A DNA stretch of 64,000 nucleotides from Malacoraja senta (GCA_038087875.1 CM075988.1:5084001-5148000); one strand, 5' to 3'; counted from the stretch's first letter, positions 1 through 12,861 are shown. Made by a program: numbers and translations. The notes: generated from the letters alone by a model not told the origin.

Positions 1-586
1 AAAATGGAGCATTCCCACTGACCTCGTGACCCCGCGATCCATGGCTGGTTCAATGAGGAAGGGACATCTGGGATGGCAGTGGGAACCTTGAGTCCATGTG
101 GTGGGAGCTAGATAGGGCTCTTAAAGATAGCAGAGTCAGGGGATATGGGGAGAAGGCAGGAACGGGGTACTGATTGGGGATGATCAGCTATGAACACATT
201 GAATGGCAGTGCTGGCTCGAAGGGCCGAATGGCCTTCTCCTACACTTATTGTCTATTGTCTATTGAGCAAAGAGAATCCAATGTAAAAGGCAGGAGCACA
301 ACTACCACTGTCATTCATCCCATCAGATATCTCGTGCCCTCTAACCTCCGCACATCAGCCAACTCCAAACTCCTAGAACTGGAGTAAGTCATCCTTGTTC
401 CCAATATGAAATATGAGAGAATATGAAACTTACAAAGTAATGATTTAATGTTACCAGTGAAGTATATGACCAGAGTGTCAAACATTCTTTAGCATACAGA
501 AGTTAGACAATAAAAGCTGGAGTAACTCAGCGGGTCAGGCAGTATCTCTGGAGATAAGGAATAGGTGACGTTTCAGATCAAGTTCC

Positions 587-940
587 TTTAGTTTAGTTTA
601 ATTTAGTTTATTTAGTTTAGTTTAGCTTAGTTTAATTTAGAGATACAGCATGGAAACAAACCCTTCGGCCCACCTAGTCCGCACCGACCAGTGATCCCCG
701 CACACTAGCACTATCCTATACACACTAGGGACAATTTACATTTATACCAAGCCGATTAACCTACAAACCTGTACGTCTTTGGAGCGTGGGAGGAAATCGA
801 AGATCTCGGAGAAAACCCACGCATTCACGTGGAGAACGTACAAACTCCATATGGAATGTACAAACTCTGTAGATCGAACCCGGGTCTCCGGCGCTGTAAG
901 AGCTGTAAGGCAGCAACTCTACTGCTGCATCACCGTGCCA
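587..940 (-). mobile_element. HE1/V-SINE-like tRNA-derived SINE
   Basis: Minus strand shows a tRNA-like head with B box (GGTTCGATC), a V-domain (GGAGTTTGTACGTTCTCC...GGTTTTCTCCG...TTTCCTCCCAC), a CR1-like tail and a (CTAAA)n terminus. Confidence 0.8.
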
Positions 941-1099
941 CCCTATCTTCACATCTGTGCATCTGCAGTTCCTTACAATACAACTCTTTAGCACACATCT
1001 ACTGTTATGGATGTTGACAGCATAGACCACTGACAGAAATTGCAGAAGGAGTGGTAAGTAAAGAAGTTTGAAATGCATTTATTTGGTGTCAGAAGCTGA

Positions 1100-1430
1100 T
1101 GGATCAACGTAGCTTGCTCTTTGTCCCTCTGCTCAGAGCCTGCTCCGGGCTCAGAAGCACCATGGGTCCAGTGGAAGACGCTCAACTGCCTGAGAACAGG
1201 AACAGGACGATCAAAAGATGCCATGGCCAGATGGGGCTATGAAACTGGCCAAACCACCTGTGAATGTGGAGAAGAGGACCACACAATGCAGCACTGCCTT
1301 CTCTGCCCCCTACTACCCAACCAGTGCAGCTCAAAGGATCTTGCAGTCTTCAATAAAAACGCAAAGGACTGTGTAAAGGAATGGGAAACTGTCATTTGCC
1401 AACCAGCTTCAAAGACACGAAAAGAAGAAG
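1100..1430 (+). mobile_element. 5'-truncated non-LTR retrotransposon 3' end (Vingi/Ingi-like, I group)
   Basis: ORF 1121-1456 has W-x2-LNxLRTGxGR...WG...CECG...TMQH-x3-CP (C-terminal CCHC zinc knuckle) followed by a GACACGAAAAGAAGAAG tail. Confidence 0.6.
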
Positions 1431-1432
1431 TG

Positions 1433-1728
1433 AGCAGCACAGCGGCACAATGGTAGAGTTGCTGCCTTACAGGGCCAGGGACCCTTACTTCGGGTTCTGT
1501 CTGTATGAGGTTTGTATTTTCTCCCTGTGACCACGTGGGTTTTCTGCGGGTGTTCCGGTTTCCTCCCGCACTCCAAAGATGTGCAGGTCTGTAGATTAAT
1601 TGGCGTCTGTAAATTGTCCCTAGCGTGTAGGATAGTGCTAGTGAACGGGGTGATTGTTGGTCGGTGTGGACTTGGTGGGCCGAAAGGCCTGTTTCCACGC
1701 TACGTCTCTGAAACTCTAAAACTAAAAC
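1433..1728 (+). mobile_element. HE1/V-SINE-like SINE
   Basis: Degenerate tRNA head, V-domain and CR1-like tail ending in CTAAA-like repeats. Confidence 0.75.
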
Positions 1729-1779
1729 TATGCAAAGAAGGGAGGTGGGCCAATACATTGGAAGATTGAATTCTACAAT

Positions 1780-2190
1780 TTTTAGGTTATAACTGCCACC
1801 CCCCCCCCCTTCTTCCCTCCCCTGTTTTCCCTGTGACCAAGCAGGTGTGCACCCATTTCTTCAACTGTCCCACTCCTCTTTCTCCTGACCCCTGGTCCCT
1901 TCCACCTATATCGTCAGGCTTCACATTTCACTTCTCTTATCGCCTTATCTAGCACCCTTCTGTTTCCTTTTCTGCTCTGGCCTTTCTCCACCCCCTCACT
2001 TATATCCTCCTATCACTCACCAGGTCTTATCCTACCCCCACCTCTTTTCCAGCTTTCTCCACCCTACTGCAATCAGTCTGAGGAAGGGTCCCAAAACGTT
2101 GCCTGTCCATGTCCTCCAGAGATGCTGCCTGACCTGTTGAAATACTCCAGCACTTTGTGTTTTATTTTCATAAACCAGCAGTTCCTTATT
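1780..2190 (+). mobile_element. Penelope-like element 3'/pseudo-LTR remnant
   Basis: Pyrimidine-rich tract followed by the CTGA..GAAGGGTC..AAACG..GATGCTGCCTGACC..ACTCCAGCA module found at the ends of GIY-YIG-bearing copies elsewhere in the window. Confidence 0.6.
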
Positions 2191-2279
2191 TTGTCTCCAT
2201 TCGGCCAATGGTTTGCTGGGTTGTTTTGTGGTTTATGTCAACCACTTTGTTTCTTTCCAGAACACATAGTCACAGACTA

Positions 2280-2610
2280 ATCGAGTCATAAAGTCTTACA
2301 GCGTGGAAACAGGTCCATCAGCCCAACTTGCCCACATCAATCAACATGTCCCAGCTACACTAGTCCCACCTGCCTGTGTTTGGCCCATATCTCTCTAAGC
2401 CTGTCCTATCCATGTACCTGTTTAAATAGTACCTGCCTCAACTACCTCCTCCGACAGCTCGTTCCATGCACCCACCACCCTGTGTGTGGAAATGTTACCC
2501 CTCAGGTTCCTGTTAAATCTTTCCCCCTTCACCTTAAACCTATTTCCCCTGGTTCTTGACTCCCCTACTCTGGGCAAGAGAATCTCTGCGTCTACCCGAT
2601 CTATTCCTTA
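2280..2610 (-). mobile_element. CR1 LINE 3' fragment
   Basis: Similar to the 3' end of the CR1 copy at 4128-4925. Confidence 0.75.
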
Positions 2611-2626
2611 AGCATGGACTGTTTTA

Positions 2627-2840
2627 AGGGCCTGTCCCACTTGGCGATTTTTTCGGCGACTGCCGGCATAATTGACTGACGTATCAGGTCACCGAAAAAT
2701 TTGTGGCGGATGCGGTGGTGACGTATTGACGTGTTTTTTCTAGTGTCGCAACATTTTTTTTGTCACCGCTGGATTTTGACATTTTCAAAATCTTTTGGCG
2801 ACATTGATAGTACGACATCAATTGGCAACATTGATAGTAC
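2627..2840. mobile_element. PIF/Harbinger-type MITE, truncated (left TIR only)
   Basis: TTA followed by the AGGGCCTGTCCCACT TIR identical to complete copies; no right TIR found. Confidence 0.6.
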
Positions 2841-3734
2841 ACCGGATAAGGAGCATCACAGCAACAAACACTGGAGACTCTGGAGGAGTTTTTATAATCC
2901 ACCCCCAGGTCCATTTACTTTTGGTGGCTGCTAATTGATGGACCTTTTGCTGAATGCCTGCTGAGGATGCCAGACAAAGGAACGTTGAAAGAGAACAAAG
3001 ATTTGTTCCAAATAAGTGGTCTCGAGCCGGAACGCCACCCATTCCTTCTCTCCAGAATTGCTGCCTGGCCCACTAGAGTTACTCCAGCATTTTGTGTCTG
3101 TCTTCGGTGTAAACCAGCATCTGCAGTTCCTTCCTACACAAAGATCAGTGCTCACCAGCTCCCCTGAAGCATCTTCACCGGTTTCTCCTCCCACTGCGGA
3201 GGCTGATGAAGTTGTCAAGCCGACAGCGATGGAATCCTGCCAAGCATCCTGCAAGAACTGGCCTCAAATGCATGCTGATGGCAAGTGTGAATTGAGTGAT
3301 TGGTGAAGTGCGCTCGAGGGGCCTCCTTGCTTACTCCTGCACTTATTTTCCAATATAACTGACTGTAAAAGCGATGCTGCTGTGGCCAATTCTGTTCAAT
3401 ATGATTATCTTGCCACGAACTGCAGAGATCTGCACTGTCATAATGCATCTATAGATTTGTTCCTTTTCACATTCCTGAAGCAGCAAAAGGCCCATTAAAA
3501 AATGATTAAATTTAATCACTGGAAGACAGGGACCGCTTGTACCAGATGTCCACACTTCTGTTGAATGTGTCTCTGCGTCAGGAAAAAGCACCCTTTAATG
3601 TAAGTGCAAATTACGTTGCTGAGAGCTCTAAACCTCTTACGCTTCTGTGCTGTGGGTGCACTCTGTCCCAATGGATCCCACATTTGTGAGTTTCTCAGTC
3701 AAGTGGGGTTTATTGTCGTTCACCCAAGTACAGA

Positions 3735-4031
3735 GGCGCAGCGGTAGAGTTGCTGCCTCACAGCGCCAGAGACCCGGGTTCGATCCTGACTACGGTTGCT
3801 GTCTGTACGGAGTTTGTACGTTCTCCACGTGACCTGCATGGGTTTTCCCCGGGTGCTAGGTTTTACTCCAACACTCCAAAGACGTACATATTGGTAAGTT
3901 AATTGGCTTTGGTAAAAATTGTAAATTGTCCCTAGTGTGTAGTTTTGGGCTAATGTACGAGGATTGCTGGTCAGGGCAGACTCGGGAGGATGAAAGGCCT
4001 TCTGTGCTGCATCTCTAAACTAAACTAAACT
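3735..4031 (+). mobile_element. HE1/V-SINE-like SINE
   Basis: A box (GGCGCAGCGG), B box (GGTTCGATCC), V-domain, (CTAAA)n tail. Confidence 0.85.
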
Positions 4032-4127
4032 ACTGGTGAGATACAGGTACAATGAAAAACTTGCGTGCAGCAGTACCACAGCCACTTACTTATTCAAAAC
4101 ACAATGATATAAATTGCACATAAATTA

Positions 4128-4925
4128 GAGTCATAGAGTGATACAGTGTGGAAACAGGCCCTTCAACCCAACTTGCCCATACCGGCCAACAATGTCCCAG
4201 CTACACTAGTCCCACCTGCCTGCACCTGGTCCATATCCCTCCAAACCTGTCCTATCCATGTACCTGTCCAATTGCTTCTTAAACGATGAGATAGTCACAG
4301 CCTCAACTACCTTCTCTGGCTGCTTGTACCATATACCCACCATCCTCTGTGTGAAAATGTTACCCCTCGGATTCCGACTAAATCTTTTCCCCTTCACCTT
4401 GAACCGATGTCCTCTGGTCCTCGATTCCCCTCCTCTGGACAAGAGACTCAGTGCATCTACCCGATCTATTCCTCTCATGATTTTGTACACCTCTATAAGA
4501 TCACCCCTCATCCTCCAGCGCTCCAAGGAATAGAGACCCAGCCTACTCAACCACTCCCTATAGCACACACCCTCTAGTCCTGGCAACATCCTCTCAAATC
4601 TTTTCTGAACCCTTTCAAACTTGACAATATCTTTCCTATAACATGGTGCCCAGAATTGAACACAATATTCTAAATGGGGTCTCACCAATGTCTTATACAA
4701 CTGCAAAATGACCTCCCAACTTCTATACACATTCTGACTGATGAAGGCCAATGTACCAAAAGCCTTGTTGACCACCTTATCTACCTGCGACTCGACTTTC
4801 AAGGAATCGTGCACCTGTACTCCTAGATCCCTCTGCTCTACAACACCACCTAGAGGTCTACCATTCACTGTGTAGGTCCTGCCCTTGTTAGACGTCCCAA
4901 AATTCAACACCTCACACTTCTCTGT
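4128..4925 (-). mobile_element. CR1 LINE ORF2 C-terminus plus 3' UTR, 5'-truncated
   Basis: ORF 4206-4940 contains LYKTLVRPHLEYCVQFW...ERVQKRF...LGLYSLE...RGDLIEVYKI...TRGH, diagnostic of CR1 ORF2. Confidence 0.92.
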
Positions 4926-5062
4926 AATATTGATATACATGAATTACACATACATTTTACAAGACAAATAACAACAAGTACAAAAGACAATTAAAAAAAC
5001 AAGCGGTGGGCCACAGAACAAAAAAATAAACTTTGGGTAATTAATATACAAAGAACGCAAAT

Positions 5063-6590
5063 CAGTTCAGTTCAATTCTGTTCAGTTTATTGTCATGTGT
5101 CACATGATAAGGGAATAACGTATAGTGCAAGGTAAAGCCAGCAAAGTCCGGTCAAGGATAGTCCGAGGGACATCAAAGAGGTAGATAGTCACTGCTCTCT
5201 GGTTGTGGTAGGATGATTCAGTTGCCTGATAACAGCTGGGAAGAAACTATCCCTGAATCTGGTGGTGTACATTTTCACACTTCTGTATTTTTGCCCGATG
5301 GGAGAGGAGGGAAGAGGGAGTGGCCAGGGTGCGACTCGTCCTTGATTATGCTGATGGCCTTGCCGAGGCAGCGTGAGGTATAAATGGAATCAGTGGAAGG
5401 GAGGTTGGTTTGTGTGATGGCCTGGGCTGCGTCCACAATTCGCTGCAATTTCTTACGTTTCTGGATGGAGCTGTTCCCAAACCAAGCTGTGATGCATCCT
5501 GATAAAATGCATTCTATGGTGCATCTGTAGAAGTTGGTGAGAGTTGTTGGGGACATGCCAAACTTCCTAAGCTTTCTAAGGAAGTCAAGGCGTTGGTGTG
5601 CTTTCTTGGTCGTTGCTTCAATATGGGTGGTCCAGGAAAAGTTGTTGGTGATATTGAAGCCGTAGAATTTGAAGTTTTCAGTGCCGTCAATGCAAAACTG
5701 GGGTATGTGTACCACTTCACTTCCTGAAGTCGATCACTATCTCCTTTGTCTTGTTGACATTGAGAGAAAGGTTGGTCTCGATACCAGGACACGAGGTTCT
5801 CAATCTCCTTCCTGTCTCATCATTATTGATACCCGGCCTACGATGGTGGTGTCATCTGCAAATTTGAAAATTGAATTAGATTTGTTAATGGCTGCACAAT
5901 CATGGGTGTACAAGGTGTAAAGAAGGCGGGCTGAGAATGCAGCTTTGCGGAGCACCAGTGTAGAGGATCAGCGTGGAGGATGATTTGTCCCCTATCCTCA
6001 CTGATTGGGGTCTGTTGGTCAGGAAGTCGAGGATCCAGTTGCAGGGATGAGTGCTGACTCCAAGAACCGTGAGTTTGGTGATAAATTTGGATGGTACAAT
6101 GGTGTTAAAGGCAGAGCAATAATCTGGAATAGGAGTCTGATGTAGGTGTCTCTCTTATCCAGGTTTTCTAGGGATGAGTGTAGGGCCAGGGGCGATGGCA
6201 TCGTCCGTGGACACGTTGTGGCAGTAGGTGAACTGCAGTGGGTCAAGGCCGCTGGGTAGACTGGATTTAATGCGTTCCATAACTATCCTCTTGAAACATT
6301 TCATGATGGTGGACGGCAATGTCGAATGGACGGTGGTCGTCTAGGCGTGAGGTCTTGCTTTTTCTTGGCACCGGGATGATGGCGGTCTTCTTGAAACAGG
6401 TGGGTTCCTTAGGACGCAGTAGGGAGTTAAAGATGTCCGTGAATATTCCGCTAGCTGGTCCGCGCAGCTACTAAGTACATGGCCAGGAACTCCATCCGGG
6501 CAGCTGCTTTTCATGGGTTTACCCTCAGGAAGGCTGATGTAACCCCTGTCACCCTGGGGAGAGGCACACTGGAGTGTGAAGGGCCAGGTG
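5063..6590 (-). mobile_element. Rex1/Babar-clade LINE, degenerate RT and C-terminal region
   Basis: KKAHQRLDFLRKLRKFGM...FYRCTIECILSGCITAWFG...LQRIV...SHPGHSLF.PLPSG; upstream KFADDTT RT motif at about 5846-5866; frameshifted. Confidence 0.88.
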
Positions 6591-6607
6591 CCTGAAGAAG
6601 GGTCTTT

Positions 6608-6912
6608 TTGTTTTTTACTTTAGAAATACAACGCGGAAACAGGCCCTTCGACCCACCGAGTCCGCGCTGACCACTGATCCCCGTACACTAGCACTATCTA
6701 CACACTAGGGACAATTTACAATTTTTACCGAATCCAACTTAATATACAAATCTGTACGTCTTTGGAATGTGGGAGGAAACCGGAGCACCCCAAGAAAACC
6801 CACACGGTCACATTGAGAACGTACAAACTCCATACAGACAGCACCCGTAGTCAGGATCGAACCCGGGTCTCTGGTGCTGTGAGGCAGCAACTCTACCGCT
6901 GCACCACCGTGC
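6608..6912 (-). mobile_element. HE1/V-SINE-like SINE
   Basis: Full tRNA head with A/B boxes, V-domain and tail. Confidence 0.85.
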
Positions 6913-7784
6913 TGGTTAATCGGGAAGAAATGTCCTCTTCTCTCATTTCTAAAGTGCTCAGCCATTAATCTGCGGCTGTGTCTCCTCCTCCCTTCTGCCC
7001 TTGCTTTTAGCGCCTCCTACTGGGGGAAACATCTTTGAACATCAAACTTTTCTACTGGGTTAAGGTTTGCCTACATTTCTCTGAGATTATCTCTCAGTCT
7101 TTGAAAATCTGAGCAATATTGGCATAGTGTACTTAATTCCTTCTCAAAAGAAACAGGTTAGCAAACATTTATTGCTATCCTCTAAGGCAAAATCAGAAAA
7201 TGCTCCCCAGACTGTAACAATGTTCGAGCTTCAGAAGTATACTTCATTGCCTGTGAGTTTGGGAAATTTGTTATCATGAATGCAGCTACTGAAATGCACA
7301 CTTTTGAATTTTGTTTTAATTGCTTCTTCGAGCTTAATGCTTCTGTGTTTAAGAGCTAGGGAATCCAGAACTCTCCGAGCGCCAACATTTTTCCATTCTC
7401 TCACCATTTATAAAGTATTTCGCTTTTTTATTCTATTTTTGCTCCCAAAGTGGATAACTTCCCATCATATTCCATCTGTCACATTCTTGCACGTTCACTT
7501 AATATGATTCTCTTTGCAGCCTCTGCATTATCCTTACAACTTGGTTCCCTGTAGAATCCTCTGTTGTTATGAAACGTAGCTACATTAAACAACCGATTTA
7601 TCTAATTCTCCCTTTAACATGATGCACTTTGTAGAATGTCCCAAGTTTCTCTGGAATTTTAAGCACAAGGAAAGACCATCAAAATACAAAACTAAAGATG
7701 CTGGAATCTTCGTAAGGTCATAGGTTTTAGGAGCAGAATTAGGCCATTCAGCCCATCAGTTCTACTCTGACATTCAATCATGGT

Positions 7785-8070
7785 GGGTGGTGTAAGGAAG
7801 GGGAAAATGAGACAAAAGGGTATTCGATAAGAAAAGGAGAGGGGGAGTGAAATGTAAAGCCGGAGGAGGGATGTGGGTGGAAGGGGCGGACGGGAAAGAG
7901 CATGGAAAGATAGGGAATATAAGAGAAGTGGGGACTTGGGGATGAGAGAAGCGTAAAGGAAGGAGGAGAGTAGAGGGGGCGGGGGGGTGGGGGGGGGGGG
8001 GGAGGGGGGTGCCTATAGTAGATTGTGGTAGATACACCATCAGGTTCATTGAGCCTGACCTACTGGTGTG
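7785..8070 (-). mobile_element. Penelope-related purine-rich remnant
   Basis: G/A-rich tract resembling the 3' tract of the Penelope-like remnants at 1780-2190 and 59055-59480. Confidence 0.4.
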
Positions 8071-8355
8071 CTTTAGTTTCCTTTAGTTTTAGTTTAGAGA
8101 TACACGAGAAAACATGCCCTTTGGCCCAACAAGTCCATGCCGACCAATGATCCCATTTCCACTAACACTACCCTACGCACTAGGGACAATTTACAATTGT
8201 TACCAAAGCCAATTAACCTACAAACCCGGTGAAAACCCATGCGGTCACAGGGAGGTGTACATACTCTGTCCAGACAGCGCTCGTAGTCTTGATCAAACCC
8301 GACTCGCTGGCGCTGTAAAGCAGCAACTCCACCGCTACGCCACCTTGCCACCCTG
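8070..8355 (-). mobile_element. HE1/V-SINE-like SINE (diverged)
   Basis: Head, partial V-domain and tail. Confidence 0.7.
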
Positions 8356-8897
8356 CTGTACTGCTCTTCTGATCATCAATGGTTCTCAGTCCCATCGTGC
8401 CCACCCACCCCCTTTCCCTGTTCCAAAACTTCGTTATCATCTCTAGAAGAAGTAAAACACAAAGTAAGCAAAAAGTCAAAGAAACAGATCTGATCATTTT
8501 ACTTGGGATTCTTGAGTCTACTGCACACATTAGCATCCTATGACCTTGTGGCTGGGTTTGTGAATGTCAAAAAGAAATGAGACCTCTTGCAGTCTGTAAA
8601 GCCTCACACAATCCGATATAAAGAAAGGTCAGGTTCTTGATGCTGACTAATGCTGGGGTGCAGGGATCATTGTGCAATTTTCAAAACAAACAAATTTGTA
8701 ATTCATTGAAATTCCAAAACCTCTGACAGTATGACTCTTTAAACGAGAGCATGATTGTTGGCACTTATGACCAAATACCTCATCGCTTAGTGACTCATGC
8801 ATGTTGAGAAGGTGGATTCAGGTTTTCTTTTTGCAAAAACAAACCAAGTCCAGCCTGCAATGAGCTTAGTGGAACGGTAAGGAAATGCATTAGGTCA

Positions 8898-9060
8898 CGA
8901 TACGATATGATACGATAGAACTTTATTCATCCCCGGAGGGAAATTGGTCTGCCGACAGTCCATGACACACAAGGTACACGAAAACTTGAAATTAAAATTA
9001 AATTAAAAGTGAAAAATAGAAAAAGACAAGCGACTGTTGGCTGGCTGCCGTGTGCACATC
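8898..9060 (-). mobile_element. Rex1/Babar-like 3' tail
   Basis: (TATCG)n tail and GATGAATAAAGTT signal, matching the ends of copies at 36960-37350 and 57725-58170. Confidence 0.55.
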
Positions 9061-9209
9061 GCCTTCACTGTAACAAACGAACAAACAAACAAACAAATGC
9101 AGGCTTATCCCCTGGGCAGAGGATTCTAAAACTAGAGTGCCCCCCTCCTCCCCCATACCCAGTCCGCCTTTGTTCTCCCACTGTCCCTCACTGCGGTCCC
9201 CCCACGCCG

Positions 9210-9295
9210 GGTCCCCATTGTCATTCATGGCGGTGCCTCCACTCTGGGTCCCCATTGTCATTCATAGCGGTCCCTCCACTCTGGGTCCCCCGTTG
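9210..9295. repeat. 37-bp tandem repeat, about 2.3 copies
   Basis: Unit GGGTCCCCATTGTCATTCATRGCGGTSCCTCCACTCT. Confidence 0.8.
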
Positions 9296-10154
9296 TCCTT
9301 CCACGGCTACAGAATGTGACTGTTCTTCAGAACCTCCACAAGCTGAATTATGCAAACACAGTCCAGGTTTAAGTTTCCATTTTTCTTGTCATCCTCTGCT
9401 TCATTCATCAAAATGAGTGGCAGGCGAGCAGATCAAATAATGTTAAGGAGACTTCATTTTCACAGAAATCTCCTCATTCGGAGTTTAAATACGAATTAAG
9501 CCAATTTAGCGTTTTGATAGTTATTGCGCTGTTCTACTGCGTACTCTCTGGACTGCGGCCGAACAGAACATTCTGCGGAATACAAAGCAGGTCAGATTTC
9601 CACCTTGGCATTGGTTTGACAGGAAAATTACAATCATAATTAATCATCGAGGTTAAACCTTACTGCCATGGTGATACAAGCTGGATTATGTGAGTAGAAT
9701 AGAATTCACTCCTCAGGAAATTGTTAGGCAGACCCATAAATTGCAAGCTCCAGTCATTACAGTGCGCTGATAATCTGAAATCAGTACTTGGCTGGTAAGG
9801 TGTGAATTATAATAAATTGACTCAGAAAGGCCAAGAAAATGTCAGAAAGATGTTGCTGATATTGCCGGAACCCAAAAACGTGACAGTAAACCAAAGGAGG
9901 ACATGGATAAGCAGTGAAATTGTTAAATAATTGGCATTGAAAGCAAGAGTTCCTCAGAATAGATTCGTCAACAAATGCTTTCTTAAATTCTAAATAAATC
10001 TATGATAGACACAAAAGCTGGAGTAACTCAGCGGGTCAGATAGCGTCTCTGGGGAAAAGGAATAGGTGACGTTTCGGGTCGAGACCCTTGTTTAAACCAA
10101 CACCTGCAGTTCCTTCCTACACATTTCAAAATAAATCAGCTTGGAAACTGGACG

Positions 10155-10457
10155 CAATGCGCAGCGGTAGAGTTGCTGCCTTACAGCGCTTGCAGCGCCA
10201 GAGACCAGGGTTCGATCCTGACTGCGGGTGCTGTCTGTACAGAGATTGCACGTTCTCCCCGTGACCTGCGTGGGCTTTCTCCGAGATCTTCGGTTTCCTC
10301 CCACATTCCAGGTTTGCAGTTTAATTGGCTTGGCATAAGCGTAAAATTGTCCCTAGTGCGGGTAGGGCAGTGGTAGTGTGTGGGGATCGCTGGTCGGCGC
10401 GGGCTCGGTGAACAGAAGGGTCTGTTTCCGCGCTCGATCTCTGAACTAAACTAAACT
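10155..10457 (+). mobile_element. HE1/V-SINE-like SINE
   Basis: A/B boxes, V-domain, tail. Confidence 0.85.
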
Positions 10458-11649
10458 GCACTAAAACGCCTGCATTTGATGCCTCCTTATTATGGGGCTC
10501 TGTGGGTCCTGTATAATTCTGCATTCTCACAAGCAAACAAGGTGCTGCGTGGCCTACTTCTGCTGCTGTTACCCATTCACCTCACATTTCAAGAATGGAT
10601 TAACTATTCCAGCCAAGGTCAAAATGTCACCCCTTCCTTCTATCCAGAGATACTGCCTGTCCCGCAAAGCAACTCCAGCATTTTGTGTCTATCTTTGGTC
10701 CAGTTTAAACTGTACAGAGCGTACAAGGATTCCTTTGTTGTCAAGAGCCTGGCGGTAGATTAGTTTGCATCCTCACAGTGCTGACGGGCTGAGATAATAT
10801 GAGCCTAGACATTACTGCTGCCAGTTTGTGGATGAAAACCAAATTCATTCTTTACACATGGTCCAATTATCTAGTACGGGCATTAACTCATTTATAATAA
10901 ATGGGTCAAAATTTGCATTGAAAGTGCGGATGAAAAAATGTAGTGTGAATATGTTGAACAGTTTCTTTTTTCCTGAAATGAATGTCTGGCCTATTAGGCT
11001 GAGGTTGTACATGTGGCCATGGAGGCCATCAGTTTGTAACTGTAGACTCAATGTAAGGATAGAGATTAGAAAATATTGTTTCCCCTGACTGGTAATAGCT
11101 ATTAAAATTCAATCTGTGCAGGTGAAGCTCATGCATTCAGAACTGGGTAAGTATAATTTTGAACAGTTTTGAAGTGTGGAGATAAGCATGGTGATTTATA
11201 AGATGATGACCATTGGGTATGACAGGTTCAACAATGGGGGAATGGAGCAACAGCTTGGCATTTCACAATGTCCTTCGGAGAAGGACAATGGGAGGAATCT
11301 CCACAAGATTACTCTGTCAATCCACATAACATGGGTGGAGAATTGCCAGGAATCCAGATATTCTGATGGCTCCGCACACCCTTAATTTCTCTCAGTTTCT
11401 CAATCAACAGGAATAGTCACAGAACAGAAGGAGGTGGCAGGGCGGCACAGCGCCAGAGACCCAGGTTCAATCCGGACTACATGTGCTGTCTGTATGGAGT
11501 TTGGATGTTCTCCCTGTGACCTTGTACGTTCTCCCTTGTCAGAGGTTATGGAGAGAAGGCAGGAGAATGGGGTTAGGAGGGAGAGATAAATCAGCCATAG
11601 TTGAATGGCACAGTAGACTTGATGGGCCAAATGGCCTAATTCTCCTCAT

Positions 11650-11990
11650 ATCACAGTTCACACTGCCATCCAGCTTTGTGTCATCTGCAAATTTGCTAAT
11701 GTTACTTTTAATTCCTTCCTCTAAATCATTAATATATATTGTGAATAGCTGCAGTTCCAGCACCGAGCCTTGAGGCACCCCACTAGTCACTGCCGGCCAT
11801 TCTGAAAGGGAACCGTTAATTCCTACTCTTTGTTTCCTGTCTGCCAACCAATTTTCTATTCATGTCAATACCCTACCCCCAATACCATGTGCTCTGATTT
11901 TGCCCACTAATCTCCTGTGTGGGACCTTATCAAAGGCTTTCTGAAAGTCCAGGTACACTACATCCACTGGCTCTCCCTTATCCATGTTAC
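11650..11990 (-). mobile_element. CR1 reverse transcriptase fragment
   Basis: RKQRVGING...[11 protein letters not shown]...[11 protein letters not shown]...KFADDTKL (RT motifs). Confidence 0.9.
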
Positions 11991-12577
11991 TGTCTACCTG
12001 AACTTAGTTGTTAGGGATAACATTCATTTATTTTCATTCATTTTTGAATGACAAATAATTTCAATTCAATTCAAAATGTACAGGTCTATTACCAAGAAGA
12101 TCTTGGAACATTTCACATTGTTTGTCAATGCCCTGCATAGTCTACTCTTCTGCCTCACCTTCCCAAAGTTTACTTAAATTTAGAGCCTTGTTTTCTGACT
12201 CATCCTTCTCCCTCTTAACTAGTATATCGAATACCATTCAACGGTGCCTGCTAGCCAAGCGTTACTGCACCATTAACTAATTGACTAACAGACTAACATT
12301 CTAACAGACTAACAGACTAACATTCATTATTTTTGTTAGCTGAAGGAAATATCGTTCCAGAAAAATTGAACACAATATTCTAACTATGGCACAACCAACG
12401 ATTTATACAAGTTTTCTATTAGGTTCTTAAGCATTATTTCCCATTTGAAAATGTATCATATCATTTGCTTTTGAAGCTTTGTATATCTGAACCCTGATTT
12501 TTTAAATGTACACATTTTATGCATCTCCTTTCGCCAAAATACCTCCCAAAATATATCATAGAGTTTTCGAGAATGGG

Positions 12578-12840
12578 CAGAGCGGGGAAGATGCAGGGGA
12601 GAGCAGTGGAGAGCGGGGGAGAGCAGGGGAGAGCGGGGGAGAGCGGGGGAGAGCGGGGGAGAGCGGGGAAGAGCGGGGGAGAGTGGGGGTGTGCGGGGGA
12701 GAGCGGGGGAGAGCAGGGGAGAGCGGGGGAGAGCGGGGGAGAGTGGGGGAGAGTGGCGGAGAGCGGGGGAGAGCGGCGGGGAGCGGCGGGGAGCGGCAGA
12801 GAGGGGAGAGTGGCGGAGAGGGGAGAGCGGCGGAGAGGGT
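12578..12840. repeat. G-rich 10-bp minisatellite (GAGCGGGGGA)n
   Basis: Direct tandem units; produces spurious multi-frame ORFs. Confidence 0.95.
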
Positions 12841-12861
12841 CGAGAGCGACGGAGAGGGTAG

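Noticed and set aside
992..1053. AG...GTAAGT-bounded segment on the plus strand
   Set aside because: Stops in all three frames from the best acceptor; no other support
3735..3790. tRNA-like sequences with A/B boxes (about 20 copies)
   Set aside because: SINE heads that continue into V-domain and tail; not tRNA genes
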